A stretch of DNA of 42,824 bases from Prasinococcaceae sp. CCMP 1430 (taxonomy: Eukaryota > Plantae > Prasinodermophyta). Positions 31,507 to 41,356 of this stretch are shown here, in pieces. Numbering within the stretch: the first letter of the stretch is position 1; each line of letters begins with the position of its first letter. Position numbers and translations under genes: made by a program. The notes beneath the pieces were generated by a model. The model did not search any database, was not told the origin of the DNA, and worked only from the letters and a program-made list of their open reading frames with translations. The stretch is from the NCBI GenBank assembly GCA_013416795.1, contig RQSC01000020.1, forward strand, positions 484,399 to 527,222. Reading direction: 5' to 3'.

Positions 31507-31895
31507 GCCCGAGGGGCGCGGGCAAGCGCGTGCGTGTGTGAGCGAGCGCAGTGGACACAGGCCTGAGCCGCCTCACTCGCACGCAAGCGCACGCGCTCGC
31601 GCTCGCGCTCTCGCTCGCCCGTACCGCCGCGGTGCCTGCGACCCGCGCGCCGAGAGGCGCGCAATTGGCAGTTTTGCTGTAACGCGGGTCACATCCCGTA
31701 CGGGTTTTAGCATACGCAGACGCATGGCCGCCGAGCCATCACCCGCCGCCTGGATGGGCGGCTGGTGNAGGAGGCGCACTCCCAGACGAGCGCAAACAAC
31801 CCCACCCACCCACCCTGCGCACGCCCACCCACGCACGCACGCACGTGCGCACGTGGCGGGGCGCGCAGGCCGCGCGCTTTGCCATGGGCGCGCGT

Positions 31896-31942
31896 ACACG
31901 CACACACACACACACGCAAGCACGCACGCACGTACACACGCA

Positions 31943-31995
<53 letters not shown>
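31896..31995. repeat. Abutting (CA)n / (TG)n inverted microsatellite
   Basis: Imperfect CA tract 31896-31944 joined by CAG to about (TG)25. Confidence 0.9.
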
Positions 31996-31996
<1 letters not shown>

Positions 31997-32578
31997 CACG
32001 CGCGCGCGCCCACCGGCGCCACCGCGCAGATCTCGCCCCCCCGCGCGCCCCGCCGCGTTTCTCGCGCGCGGGGGAACGTGGCGGTTCAACCAGGTTGGGT
32101 TACGAATGAACGCGGTGGAGGTTCATTCGGGAGAATGCACGCACGCACGCGATGAATAACCCCACGGGAAAGCGAACGAGGAACGCGCTGTGCTGCGGCT
32201 CCCGGGCTCGCGGATTTCCCCGGGGCGTCGAATTCGACGGATGGTGGCAAATTGTGCGCGCTCCCGTCGATTAGACGCCCGTCGCCAGGATGTCAATACG
32301 CACTACGTTTGAGGGGGAAGCAACGACTGCGCGCAGGATTCAATTGCGGGAAAACTCGAAAGCGCGCGAGCGCCAGTTCAAATGCCCTTCCGCGATGTCG
32401 CCTCAACACGCAGAAAACACAGATCATCCAATTTCATATCCACATCGTGGACGTACGCACATGTCTTTACGTGTAAGCGAACACGCGGAAGAAGATTTCA
32501 GAGCGATTTCAGCGGCGCCCGCCCCGCCACGCGGGCCACCACGTGCGTGGGAGCGCGCGGCGGCGCGCGCTCGCGCTC

Positions 32579-32700
32579 CGACGTGCGTTTTGACGTTCTG
32601 ACGTGCGCTTTGACGTGCGCCGCGCGCCGACGTGGCTTTTGACGTGGCTTTCGACGTGGCTTTTTGACGTGGCTTTTCGACGCGGCTTTTGACGGGCTCC
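32579..32700. promoter_or_regulatory. Tandem array of (T)nYGACGTGGC units (bZIP ACGT/ABRE-like sites)
   Basis: Ten GACG cores, eight with ACGT, mostly 9-13 bp apart, e.g. ttttgacgtggc-tttcgacgtggc-tttttgacgtggc. Confidence 0.55.
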
Positions 32701-32702
32701 GA

Positions 32703-32704
<2 letters not shown>

Positions 32705-32734
<30 letters not shown>
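32705..32734. repeat. Poly(T)30 tract, followed by a T-rich tract to about 32840
   Basis: Direct count of 30 T. Confidence 0.95.
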
Positions 32735-32735
<1 letters not shown>

Positions 32736-35484
32736 GAAACCCGCGCGCCGCGGCTGTCGGCGGCGCGCAATGCGTTCGTTCGGCTTTTTTCTTTTTCTTT
32801 TTCTTTTTCTTTTTTAATTTTTATTTTTTTTACATTTTTTTGCGCGCGTGCGCTTGCGTCCGGAGCGGTGCCACAGAGCGCACGCGGGCGCATCCGCCGG
32901 GCTCGTCGTCGAGGGGGGAGGGGCGGCGGTGCGCGCGAGCGCTCGCCCTGGGCTCTTCGGCGGAGGGGAGCAGCGCCAGGGCGAGGGGGCGTGCGGCGCG
33001 GCGCGCGCCGCGAGGCGAGCGGGGCGCTGCTGGTGACNNNNNNNNNNNNNNNNNNNNNNNNNNNNNNNNNNNNNNNNNNNNNNNNNNNNNNNNNNNNNNN
33101 NNNNNNNNNNNNNNNNNNNNNNNNNNNNNNNNNNNNNNNNNNNNNNNNNNNNNNNNNNNNNNNNNNNNNNNNNNNNNNNNNNNNNNNNNNNNNNNNNNNN
33201 NNNNNNNNNNNNNNNNNNNNNNNNNNNNNNNNNNNNNNNNNNNNNNNNNNNNNNNNNNNNNNNNNNNNNNNNNNNNNNNNNNNNNNNNNNNNNNNNNNNN
33301 NNNNNNNNNNNNNNNNNNNNNNNNNNNNNNNNNNNNNNNNNNNNNNNNNNNNNNNNNNNNNNNNNNNNNNNNNNNNNNNNNNNNNNNNNNNNNNNNNNNN
33401 NNNNNNNNNNNNNNNNNNNNNNNNNNNNNNNNNNNNNNNNNNNNNNNNNNNNNNNNNNNNNNNNNNNNNNNNNNNNNNNNNNNNNNNNNNNNNNNNNNNN
33501 NNNNNNNNNNNNNNNNNNNNNNNNNNNNNNNNNNNNNNNNNNNNNNNNNNNNNNGTGCAGGTGCGCGCGGCGGCGGGCGGCCTGCTTGCGCGCGCGCGCG
33601 CACCGCCCCGCGCGCGCAAAAAAAAACAAAAAACGGAACGCGCGCGCGAAATTCGAGACGCGAAACGCGGAAGGAACGCCTTTTACCCCTTCGGGCGCGC
33701 AAAACAAAACGGAATGCCTGCGCGAAATGCCGACGCCAACGCCAACGCGGAAAACGCACAGCGAAAACAAAAAACGCCGCCAGATTTCATCGCCGTTTTG
33801 TTGTGCGGGGAGGCGGGCGTTTGCTCGGTCGCTCCGGTGCGTTTCCCCTCCCAAACTTTCCGCGGTTGCGGCGTTTTCGGACGCTTAATCCGCGGCGTTG
33901 CTGGTGCTTTTTTTTGTGTGTGCGCGCTTTTTTTTGGTGGGCGCGAGCGGCCGGCCGACGGATGCGGGCTCGGATTCGGGCGAGGGGCTGGCCGGGCGGG
34001 GGTGTGGGTGGGTCGGGCGGGAGGGAGGGCGGAGGTGCCTTGCTTTGCCTGCCGGCCTGCCTGCCTGTGGCGCAGTCGTGGGTGGGCGGGGCGTGCCGCG
34101 ACCCTCTTTCTGTCCGATCTGTCCGACCGAGTGTGTGTCCCGCTGGCTGGATGGGGAACGGAGCGGGAACGCGTACCGGCCGGGCGGGTTGTCGATCGAT
34201 CGAGGCACGTGGATCGATGGATGGGGGCAGGGACGGCAGCGCGAGGGCGACGTCGTGCTACGCTCCCCACCGGCCAGGCGGCCGGCACGGCATGGCACGG
34301 CGCACGCACGGCGCACCCACGGAGGGACGGCGTCACGTGACGAGGACGAGCGAGTCGATCCATCGCTGGTCGATCGATTTGATCCATCGACGGCGCGGGC
34401 GAGCCGCGCTTGCTCCCAGTCACGCCTTCCCCCCCCGCCTCCCCAACCAAGCCACCCACCCCAGCCGGATGCGGGCGCGGGGCCAGCCAGGCCGAAGCGG
34501 AGCTCTGCCGCCGCCGCCGCCGCCGCCGCCGCCGCTTTCGGCTGTGGCCGGTGGTTGGGCCGCGCGGCCCGCTCCGCCGGCCGGTCGCGACCGATCCGTC
34601 GATCGATCGATCGCGNNNNNNNNNNNNNNNNNNNNNNNNNNNNNNNNNNNNNNNNNNNNNNNNNNNNNNNNNNNNNNNNNNNNNNNNNNNNNNNNNNNNN
34701 NNNNNNNNNNNNNNNNNNNNNNNNNNNNNNNNNNNNNNNNNNNNNNNNNNNNNNNNNNNNNNNNNNNNNNNNNNNNNNNNNNNNNNNNNNNNNNNNNNNN
34801 NNNNNNNNNNNNNNNNNNNNNNNNNNNNNNNNNNNNNNNNNNNNNNNNNNNNNNNNNNNNNNNNNNNNNNNNNNNNNNNNNNNNNNNNNNNNNNNNNNNN
34901 NNNNNNNNNNNNNNNNNNNNNNNNNNNNNNNNNNNNNNNNNNNNNNNNNNNNNNNNNNNNNNNNNNNNNNNNNNNNNNNNNNNNNNNNNNNNNNNNNNNN
35001 NNNNNNNNNNNNNNNNNNNNNNNNNNNNNNNNNNNNNNNNNNNNNNNNNNNNNNNNNNNNNNNNNNNNNNNNNNNNNNNNNNNNNNNNNNNNNNNNNNNN
35101 NNNNNNNNNNNNNNNNNNNNNNNNNNNNNNNNNNNNNNNNNNNNNNNNNNNNNNNNNNNNNNNNNNNNNNNNNNNNNNNNNNNNNNNNNNNNNNNNNNNN
35201 NNNNNNNNNNNNNNNNNNNNNNNNNNNNNNNNNNNNNNNNNNNNNNNNNNNNNNNNNNNNNNNNNNNNNNNNNNNNNNNNNNNNNNNNNNNNNNNNNNNN
35301 NNNNNNNNNNNNNNNNNNNNNNNNNNNNNNNNNNNNNNNNNNNNNNNNNNNNNNNNNNNNNNNNNNNNNNNNNNNNNNNNNNNNNNNNNNNNNNNNNNNN
35401 NNNNNNNNNNNNNNNNNNNNNNNNNNNNNNNNNNNNNNNNNNNNNNNNNNNNNNNNNNNNNNNNNNNNNNNNNNNNNNNNNNNN

Positions 35485-36053
35485 TGGCGGCGCTGCCCGT
35501 CGAGGCCTCGGACATCCCGCGCGGCCGCAGGACGGCGCGCCGCCCCGTCGCGAGCGCGCTGGCGGCGGTGCCGAAGACGCCCAACGCGCCCGCGTCGGCG
35601 CCCAAGAAGCGCAAGGCCGCCACGAGCCCCGGCCCGGCCAAGCCGCCGAAGAAGCGCGCGGCGCCCAAGAAGGCGGCGGTGCCCGCGACCACCGACACGA
35701 GCGGGCTCAGCCTGCTGCTCGACGCGGTCCAGGAGGTCTCGGGCAAGGGCCTCGGCGCCGACCTCGACGACGGCATGCCCGGCATCACGCCGTCGAGCAA
35801 GCGCGTGGACGCTCCCGAAATGCCGTCGCCGCCGCAGCGCTCCGGCTCGGCCAAGGCCGCCGCCAAGCCGCCGCCGCCGCCGTCGCCGAAGAGCGAGGCG
35901 CTCCGCGCGGCGCAGCTCGCCGCGGCCGAGGCCGCGGTGAACGCGCGCATCGCCGCGGCCATCAGGGCGTCCACCTCGGACGTGAACGCCGCGTCGGGGG
36001 CCGCGACGGCGGCCGTCGAGGGCCAGGGGAGCCAGCGCGCTTGTGTACGCTAG
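35485..36053 (+). CDS. Fragment of a Lys/Pro/Ala-rich, probably nuclear protein (5' in gap; likely continues at 38617)
   Basis: NLS-like PKKRK..KPPKKRAAPKK, GLSLLLDAV motif and typical codon usage. Ends TAAVEGQGS-QRACVR*. Confidence 0.6.
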
Positions 36054-36179
36054 CATGTGATGCGCGCGTACGAGGGGTAGCGGTACCCACGCACGCGAGG
36101 TCTGCTTGGGTGCAGTGCATGCCTGTGTGTATGATGGTACGAGCGCCTACGCTGGATGCACCCATGCTCGGGCGCGCAC

Positions 36180-36620
36180 CTGTCGACGTCGTCTTCTGTG
36201 ATGGGTGGCGCCCCAACGGCCGCTAGCCGCTCGCGCAGCGCGACCTCGAGCTGTACGGCCATCGAGCGCATAGGCGCTCCGCCGCCGGTGCCACGCGCGC
36301 GCGGCGCAAGGGCGGGGTCGGCGCGCAGCGTCACAAGACCGGGCATGACGCCTCGAGCGCGAGCCGGCGCCACTTCAACCGGCTCCAGCGCCTTGCAGCC
36401 CCGCACTCACCCACCCGCCCGCCCACAACAGCACTCACACCGCTCGCTCGCACTCGCGTGCGGGCCGAGCCCGCCCGCGGCGCGCAGCCCGCCCGGCGCG
36501 CGCGTTCTGGCGCGGGGCGGCGGGCACGGCCGGGAGAGAGAGTGGATGCAAGGAGCGAGGGGGCATCACAGGGGGAAGTGGGGAATCGCCGCCCGCGCCT
36601 GAGTACGCCCGCACTGGCAT
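36180..36620 (-). CDS. Possible 5' exons of a gene truncated near 36033
   Basis: ALEPVEVAP...LEVALRERLAAVGAPPITEDDVD followed by a good donor AG|GTGCGC at 36179. An upstream ATG-initiated Pro/Arg-rich stretch is present. No plausible 3' continuation. Confidence 0.3.
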
Positions 36621-37020
36621 GCGCCGGTTCCCCGAGCGCGCGGCAGCGCGCACCGCCGGTGCCGCTTTCGGCGACGAACTGATTGTTTCCCTGATTCCTC
36701 AGCCCTGCCCCAGCTCGTTCGTTACTTTTCCCCCTTCCCCACCCCCGCATTGTAATTTGATGTGACGAAATAGTACTGTATGCTCTCCGTGGAGGAGCGA
36801 TTGAGATGTGTTGGAGACGCGCACCTGTTCCGCCCGCTGGGGGCGCCGCGCCCGTGCGCTTCAGGCGCGGGGCTCGGCCGTCTCAGTGCTATCCACGTGC
36901 GTTAATATTACTATCTATGTGTACATGGCGCGCACGTCCCGCGCGAGGCGCCTGCCCCTTCCCTCTCTTCCCCCGGGGCCTGCCCACTAGCTACACTAGC
37001 CGGCGCTACCAGCGCGCGCT

Positions 37021-37665
37021 TTACTCAACAGCAGCCTCAGCAGGCACGGCCTCGGCCTCGACTTCAGAGGGGGCAGCCTCGGCCTCGGCCTCGGCGACGG
37101 GCTCAGTAGGTGCGGCCGCGGCCTCGGGGGCTGGCGCCTCCTCAGCGGCGGCATCGGGCTCGGGGGTCCCGGCTTCAGGCTCTTCCGCGGCGGGAGCGGG
37201 CTCCTCGGCAGCAGCCTCCTCAGCAGCAGGCACGGCCTCGTCGACAGCAGGCGCGTCCTCCTCAGCAGGAGCAGCCTCCTCGGCGGCGGGCTCCTCAGCA
37301 GCGGGAGCAGCCTCCTCGGCGGCGGGCTCCTCAGCAGCGGGGGCAGCCTCCTCGGCGGCGGGCTCCTCAGCAGCGGGAGCAGCCTCCTCGGCGGCGGGCT
37401 CCTCAGCAGCGGGGGCAGCCTCCTCGGCGGCGGGCTCCTCAGCAGCGGGAGCAGCCTCCTCGGCGGCGGGCTCCTCAGCAGCGGGGGCAGCCTCCTCGGC
37501 GGCGGGCTCCTCAGCAGCGGGAGCAGCCTCCTCGGCGGCGGGCTCCTCAGCAGCGGGGGCAGCCTCCTCGGCGGCGGGCTCCTCAGCAGCGGGAGCAGCC
37601 TCCTCGGCGGCGGGCTCCTCAGCAGCGGGGGCAGCCTCCTCGGCGGCGGGCTCCTCAGCAGCGGG
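37021..37665 (-). CDS. 3' end of an acidic Ala/Glu/Pro-rich repeat protein, (PAAEEPAAEEAA)n; 5' in gap
   Basis: 36-bp coding repeat, at least 11 copies up to the gap, with a degenerate tail to TAA at 37021-37023. Confidence 0.65.
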   Translation of the reverse strand, partial: PAAEEPAAEEAAPAAEEPAAEEAAPAAEEPAAEEAAPAAEEPAAEEAAPAAEEPAAEEAAPAAEEPAAEEAAPAAEEPAAEEAAPAAEEPAAEEAAPAAEEPAAEEAAPAAEEPAAEEAAPAAEEPAAEEAAPAEEDAPAVDEAVPAAEEAAAEEPAPAAEEPEAGTPEPDAAAEEAPAPEAAAAPTEPVAEAEAEAAPSEVEAEAVPAEAAVE

Positions 37666-38588
37666 NNNNNNNNNNNNNNNNNNNNNNNNNNNNNNNNNNN
37701 NNNNNNNNNNNNNNNNNNNNNNNNNNNNNNNNNNNNNNNNNNNNNNNNNNNNNNNNNNNNNNNNNNNNNNNNNNNNNNNNNNNNNNNNNNNNNNNNNNNN
37801 NNNNNNNNNNNNNNNNNNNNNNNNNNNNNNNNNNNNNNNNNNNNNNNNNNNNNNNNNNNNNNNNNNNNNNNNNNNNNNNNNNNNNNNNNNNNNNNNNNNN
37901 NNNNNNNNNNNNNNNNNNNNNNNNNNNNNNNNNNNNNNNNNNNNNNNNNNNNNNNNNNNNNNNNNNNNNNNNNNNNNNNNNNNNNNNNNNNNNNNNNNNN
38001 NNNNNNNNNNNNNNNNNNNNNNNNNNNNNNNNNNNNNNNNNNNNNNNNNNNNNNNNNNNNNNNNNNNNNNNNNNNNNNNNNNNNNNNNNNNNNNNNNNNN
38101 NNNNNNNNNNNNNNNNNNNNNNNNNNNNNNNNNNNNNNNNNNNNNNNNNNNNNNNNNNNNNNNNNNNNNNNNNNNNNNNNNNNNNNNNNNNNNNNNNNNN
38201 NNNNNNNNNNNNNNNNNNNNNNNNNNNNNNNNNNNNNNNNNNNNNNNNNNNNNNNNNNNNNNNNNNNNNNNNNNNNNNNNNNNNNNNNNNNNNNNNNNNN
38301 NNNNNNNNNNNNNNNNNNNNNNNNNNNNNNNNNNNNNNNNNNNNNNNNNNNNNNNNNNNNNNNNNNNNNNNNNNNNNNNNNNNNNNNNNNNNNNNNNNNN
38401 NNNNNNNNNNNNNNNNNNNNNNNNNNNNNNNNNNNNNNNNNNNNNNNNNNNNNNNNNNNNNNNNNNNNNNNNNNNNNNNNNNNNNNNNNNNNNNNNNNNN
38501 NNNNNNNNNNNNNNNNNNNNNNNNNNNNNNNNNNNNNNNNNNNNNNNNNNNNNNNNNNNNNNNNNNNNNNNNNNNNNNNNNNNNNNNN

Positions 38589-39195
38589 GACGGCGGCCGT
38601 CGAGGGCCAGGGGAGCGCCGACGGCAGCGACGCCCGCCTCCCTGCCGCCGCCCGGCGCCTCGCGCCCGTTCTGCGCGCGGAAGCCGAGCGGCTCGCCGGT
38701 GCCGAGGAGGAGGGGCGGGCGGGCCCCAAGCTCGGGCGCGCGTGGCTGCGGCTCGCGCGCGCGTCCCAGGGCGTCGGCGCGGTCGCCGAGGCGCGCGCAG
38801 CGCTGCTGCGCGCCTGGGGTGTCATGCGCCGCCTGTCGAGCTCGGCCGTCATGCAGCCCGAGGCCATGCTCGCCGCTGGCGAGCAGTTTGCCGCGTTGCT
38901 CGAAGATCAGAACCGCCGGCTCGGCGCCGACGCGGACGGTGCGAGCGGCGGCGCCACCGGCGGCAGCCAGGAGGACGGTGCGGGCGGTGGCGCGGCCGAG
39001 GGCGCCGGGGGCGCAAGCGGCGGCCCCGATGCGGGGATGGACGGCGTGGACGGCAGTGGCGGCGGCGGCGAGGCGGAGGGCAGCGGAGGCGGCGGGAGCG
39101 GCGACGCTGGCGGCGGTGGCGGCAACGCCGGTGCGCCCGCAGGTGAAATGCCCGGTGCCGTGGCCGTGCTGCCACTGGCCATCGCCGCAGCCTAG
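38589..39195 (+). CDS. 3' fragment of a gene (helical segment plus Gly-rich tail), probably the continuation of 35485-36032
   Basis: Open frame TAAVEGQGSADGSDARL...LGRAWLRLARA...LLRAWGVMRRL...AIAAA*. Its first 28 bp are identical to 36005-36032 and in the same coding frame. Confidence 0.6.
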
Positions 39196-39755
39196 GCGTG
39201 AGCCTGCGCGGCCCTGTGGACGCTGTCCCGTGTGCCCCCCACTCGCCGACCTCAACAGGATCGATTGACGTCGGTGCCTCCCGAGGCGCGCCCGCCTCGA
39301 CCTGACCAGTACACTAGAAGTAGTGACACCGAGACAGGCTGCCGCCCGCATCGGCGCGCGCTCCCAGGAGCGCGCCGCCGGTGCGCGAGGCGCCGCGGTG
39401 CGCTCTCCTTTTCCTTTTTGCTCTGAAGCGTTGCATGATGTATATTCGTAGGTACAGTAACAAGAGTGCTCCACCCGGGCTCAGACGACCAGGCCGGCGC
39501 GCGTGCGCGCAGCCCTTGGGAGGTGGGGCGCGCGAGCGCGAGCGGGCGCCTGTATCATGCGTGCTACTTTCACAAATCGAAATGGTTTGAAAGCGTGGAT
39601 TTGTCTCCCCACGTGCCAGTCGCCGATGGTCGTCGCTGGTAGCCAGAGTCGATGCTCGTGAGAGTGTGCGCGTGTCACAATCATTGGCAGCGCGACGCTT
39701 CGTTGGTCCGAAGTCGATGGTCGTCGAATGGTGATCAGTGTGCACTCGCACACAC

Positions 39756-41102
39756 TCAGCAGTCCTCGCCGTTCCACTGCGCGACCGCCGGCGCCGTCGC
39801 CGTCGCGCTGTCCGACTTGTAGCGCGCCTGGAAGCCGAACGACGTCTGCCACTGCTTGGTCTGGAACTCGAGGAGGGTCCCGCCCGCCTTGTTCACGATC
39901 GTGCCGTCGACGGGCACGGCGTTCCACACCTGCACCAGCTCGAACGCATCCAGCTTGCCAGCTGTCGAGGCCACGAAGACGACCACTTCGTTGCCAGCGC
40001 TGTCGTCCGGAAGCTTCGCCGCCTCAACGATGAAGTGCTGCCACTCGCCCTGACTCCACGTGGACGGTTGCATGCCAATCTTGGCGCCGCAGTTGTCGCC
40101 GCCCGAGCCGCCGCCGCTGGGCTCTTCCACCGGCGCGTCCACCGCCTCCTCGGCGGGTGGCTCAGCTGGCTCTTCGACGGGCTGCGCCGCTGGCTCTTCC
40201 ACGGGTTGTTCGACCGGCGCGTCCGCGGGCTGGGCGGTAGGCTCCGGCTCCGGCGCGGGCGTGCCGTCTGCCTGAGGCTCCTCGGACGGCGCTGCCTGCT
40301 GCTGCCCACCGATTGTGACATCGATGCAGTTCCAAAACTGCTCCGGTCCGGTGCTGCCGGTCGGATCGAGCACCGCCGGGCAGTCGCCCATGGACGCAGG
40401 CCCCCACCAGTCCGAGCTCGGATACGGGTAGTCGTGGTAGCCTGCGTGGTTGCATGAGTTCCCGGTGATGTAGCGCCACTGGAGGATGACGTTGCCGGTC
40501 ACCCCCTCGGGCAGGCGAAACTTGTGCGTGAAGGGCATGCCTGGGCTGTCGGCCGTCGTGTATCCGCTGGCCGCCTGGCCGGTGTTGGGCGCCACGTACG
40601 CGCGGCCCGGGTGGTTGGGGTCCTTGGGAGCGCCGTACAGCTCGTCGCTCACGAACTCGAGCGGGTGAGCCGCGAAGCACCCCTGCGAGGGGCTGAGGTC
40701 GGCGCAGGCGAACATCTCGAAGTGGCCCTGGTGGTGGGCGGTCAGGCGGGACTTGACGGTGATCACGGCGCCCTCCTCGTAGTGCGCCTGGGGGCGGAAG
40801 GGCAGCGGCTGTCCCTCCCAGTTCTTGGGCACGTCGTACACGGTCTTCTCCACCTGGGTGATGCCGCAGATGCCCGAGCCGAACTGGTCGGAGCCGCGGT
40901 TCAAGCAGTGCGCGCAGTTCTCCGGCGCCGGGATGAGGGCCACCGCCGCCGCGTCCTGTCCGGGGGCGACCCACCACTCCCCGTCCTGCTCGGCGACGTA
41001 GTTCCGCGAGCGCGGCTCGGTGCACATGCCGTGCGCGTCGGCGCGCGGCGCGAGCCCCGCGCAGGCGAGCAGCGCCGCGGCGAGCCGGAGGGAGCGCGGC
41101 AT
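39756..41102 (-). CDS. Secreted AA15/AA10-like lytic polysaccharide monooxygenase with a Pro/Glu linker and a CBM2-like module, 448 aa
   Basis: 23-aa signal peptide ending ADA|HGMCTEPRSRN (His1). Motifs LTAHHQGHFEMFAC, LQWRYITGNSC and GPEQFWNCIDV. Linker EEPAAQPVEEP. The C-terminal module C...W..G...QVWNA...W..SFGFQ...NGEDC fits the CBM2 pattern. Confidence 0.85.
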   Translation of the reverse strand: MPRSLRLAAALLACAGLAPRADAHGMCTEPRSRNYVAEQDGEWWVAPGQDAAAVALIPAPENCAHCLNRGSDQFGSGICGITQVEKTVYDVPKNWEGQPLPFRPQAHYEEGAVITVKSRLTAHHQGHFEMFACADLSPSQGCFAAHPLEFVSDELYGAPKDPNHPGRAYVAPNTGQAASGYTTADSPGMPFTHKFRLPEGVTGNVILQWRYITGNSCNHAGYHDYPYPSSDWWGPASMGDCPAVLDPTGSTGPEQFWNCIDVTIGGQQQAAPSEEPQADGTPAPEPEPTAQPADAPVEQPVEEPAAQPVEEPAEPPAEEAVDAPVEEPSGGGSGGDNCGAKIGMQPSTWSQGEWQHFIVEAAKLPDDSAGNEVVVFVASTAGKLDAFELVQVWNAVPVDGTIVNKAGGTLLEFQTKQWQTSFGFQARYKSDSATATAPAVAQWNGEDC

Positions 41103-41204
41103 GAGTGGGTGTGCCGCCCCGCGCGCGGCGCGGCGGCGCCCGCGCGGCGAGCTGCCGCTGAAACGAGGACACTCTGGCCGCTTTCGATGAGTGCGCGCTC
41201 ATGG

Positions 41205-41287
41205 CACACACGCACACACACACGCACACACACACACACACGCACGCACGTGCGCACGCACGTGCACACGCACACACACACGCACGT

Positions 41288-41345
<58 letters not shown>

Positions 41346-41356
41346 GCGCACACACT
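41205..41356. repeat. (CA)n microsatellite 5' of the LPMO-CBM gene
   Basis: Directly visible. On the minus strand it lies between a GT donor-like site near 41362 and the acceptor-like TCGTTTCAG near 41158. Confidence 0.95.

Noticed and set aside
30836-32155. ORFs containing CVCVCV or HTHTHT runs (also near 17850, 22800, 23120, 41200, 41720)
   Set aside because: These are translations of dinucleotide microsatellites, not proteins.
32250-32520. snRNA or other ncRNA in the lower-GC intergenic stretch
   Set aside because: No recognisable U1/U2/U4/U5/U6, SRP or snoRNA box pattern. An Infernal/Rfam scan would be needed.
32579-32700. CRISPR-like array (also considered for the 390-bp and 36-bp repeats)
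   Set aside because: No unique spacers, wrong unit sizes, eukaryotic context and no cas genes.
32705-32734. Poly(A) tail of a retroposed element
   Set aside because: No target-site duplication, Pol III boxes or reverse transcriptase remnant is visible.
33560-33920. E2F-like TTTSSCGC sites among A-tracts
   Set aside because: A few matches exist, but CG-rich DNA next to A-runs generates them easily and no cell-cycle gene is identified here.
33683-35974. Minus-strand 763-aa ORF and other gap-spanning ORFs in 32498-36226
   Set aside because: They are mostly X from N-gaps plus the antisense of the Lys-rich plus-strand fragment.
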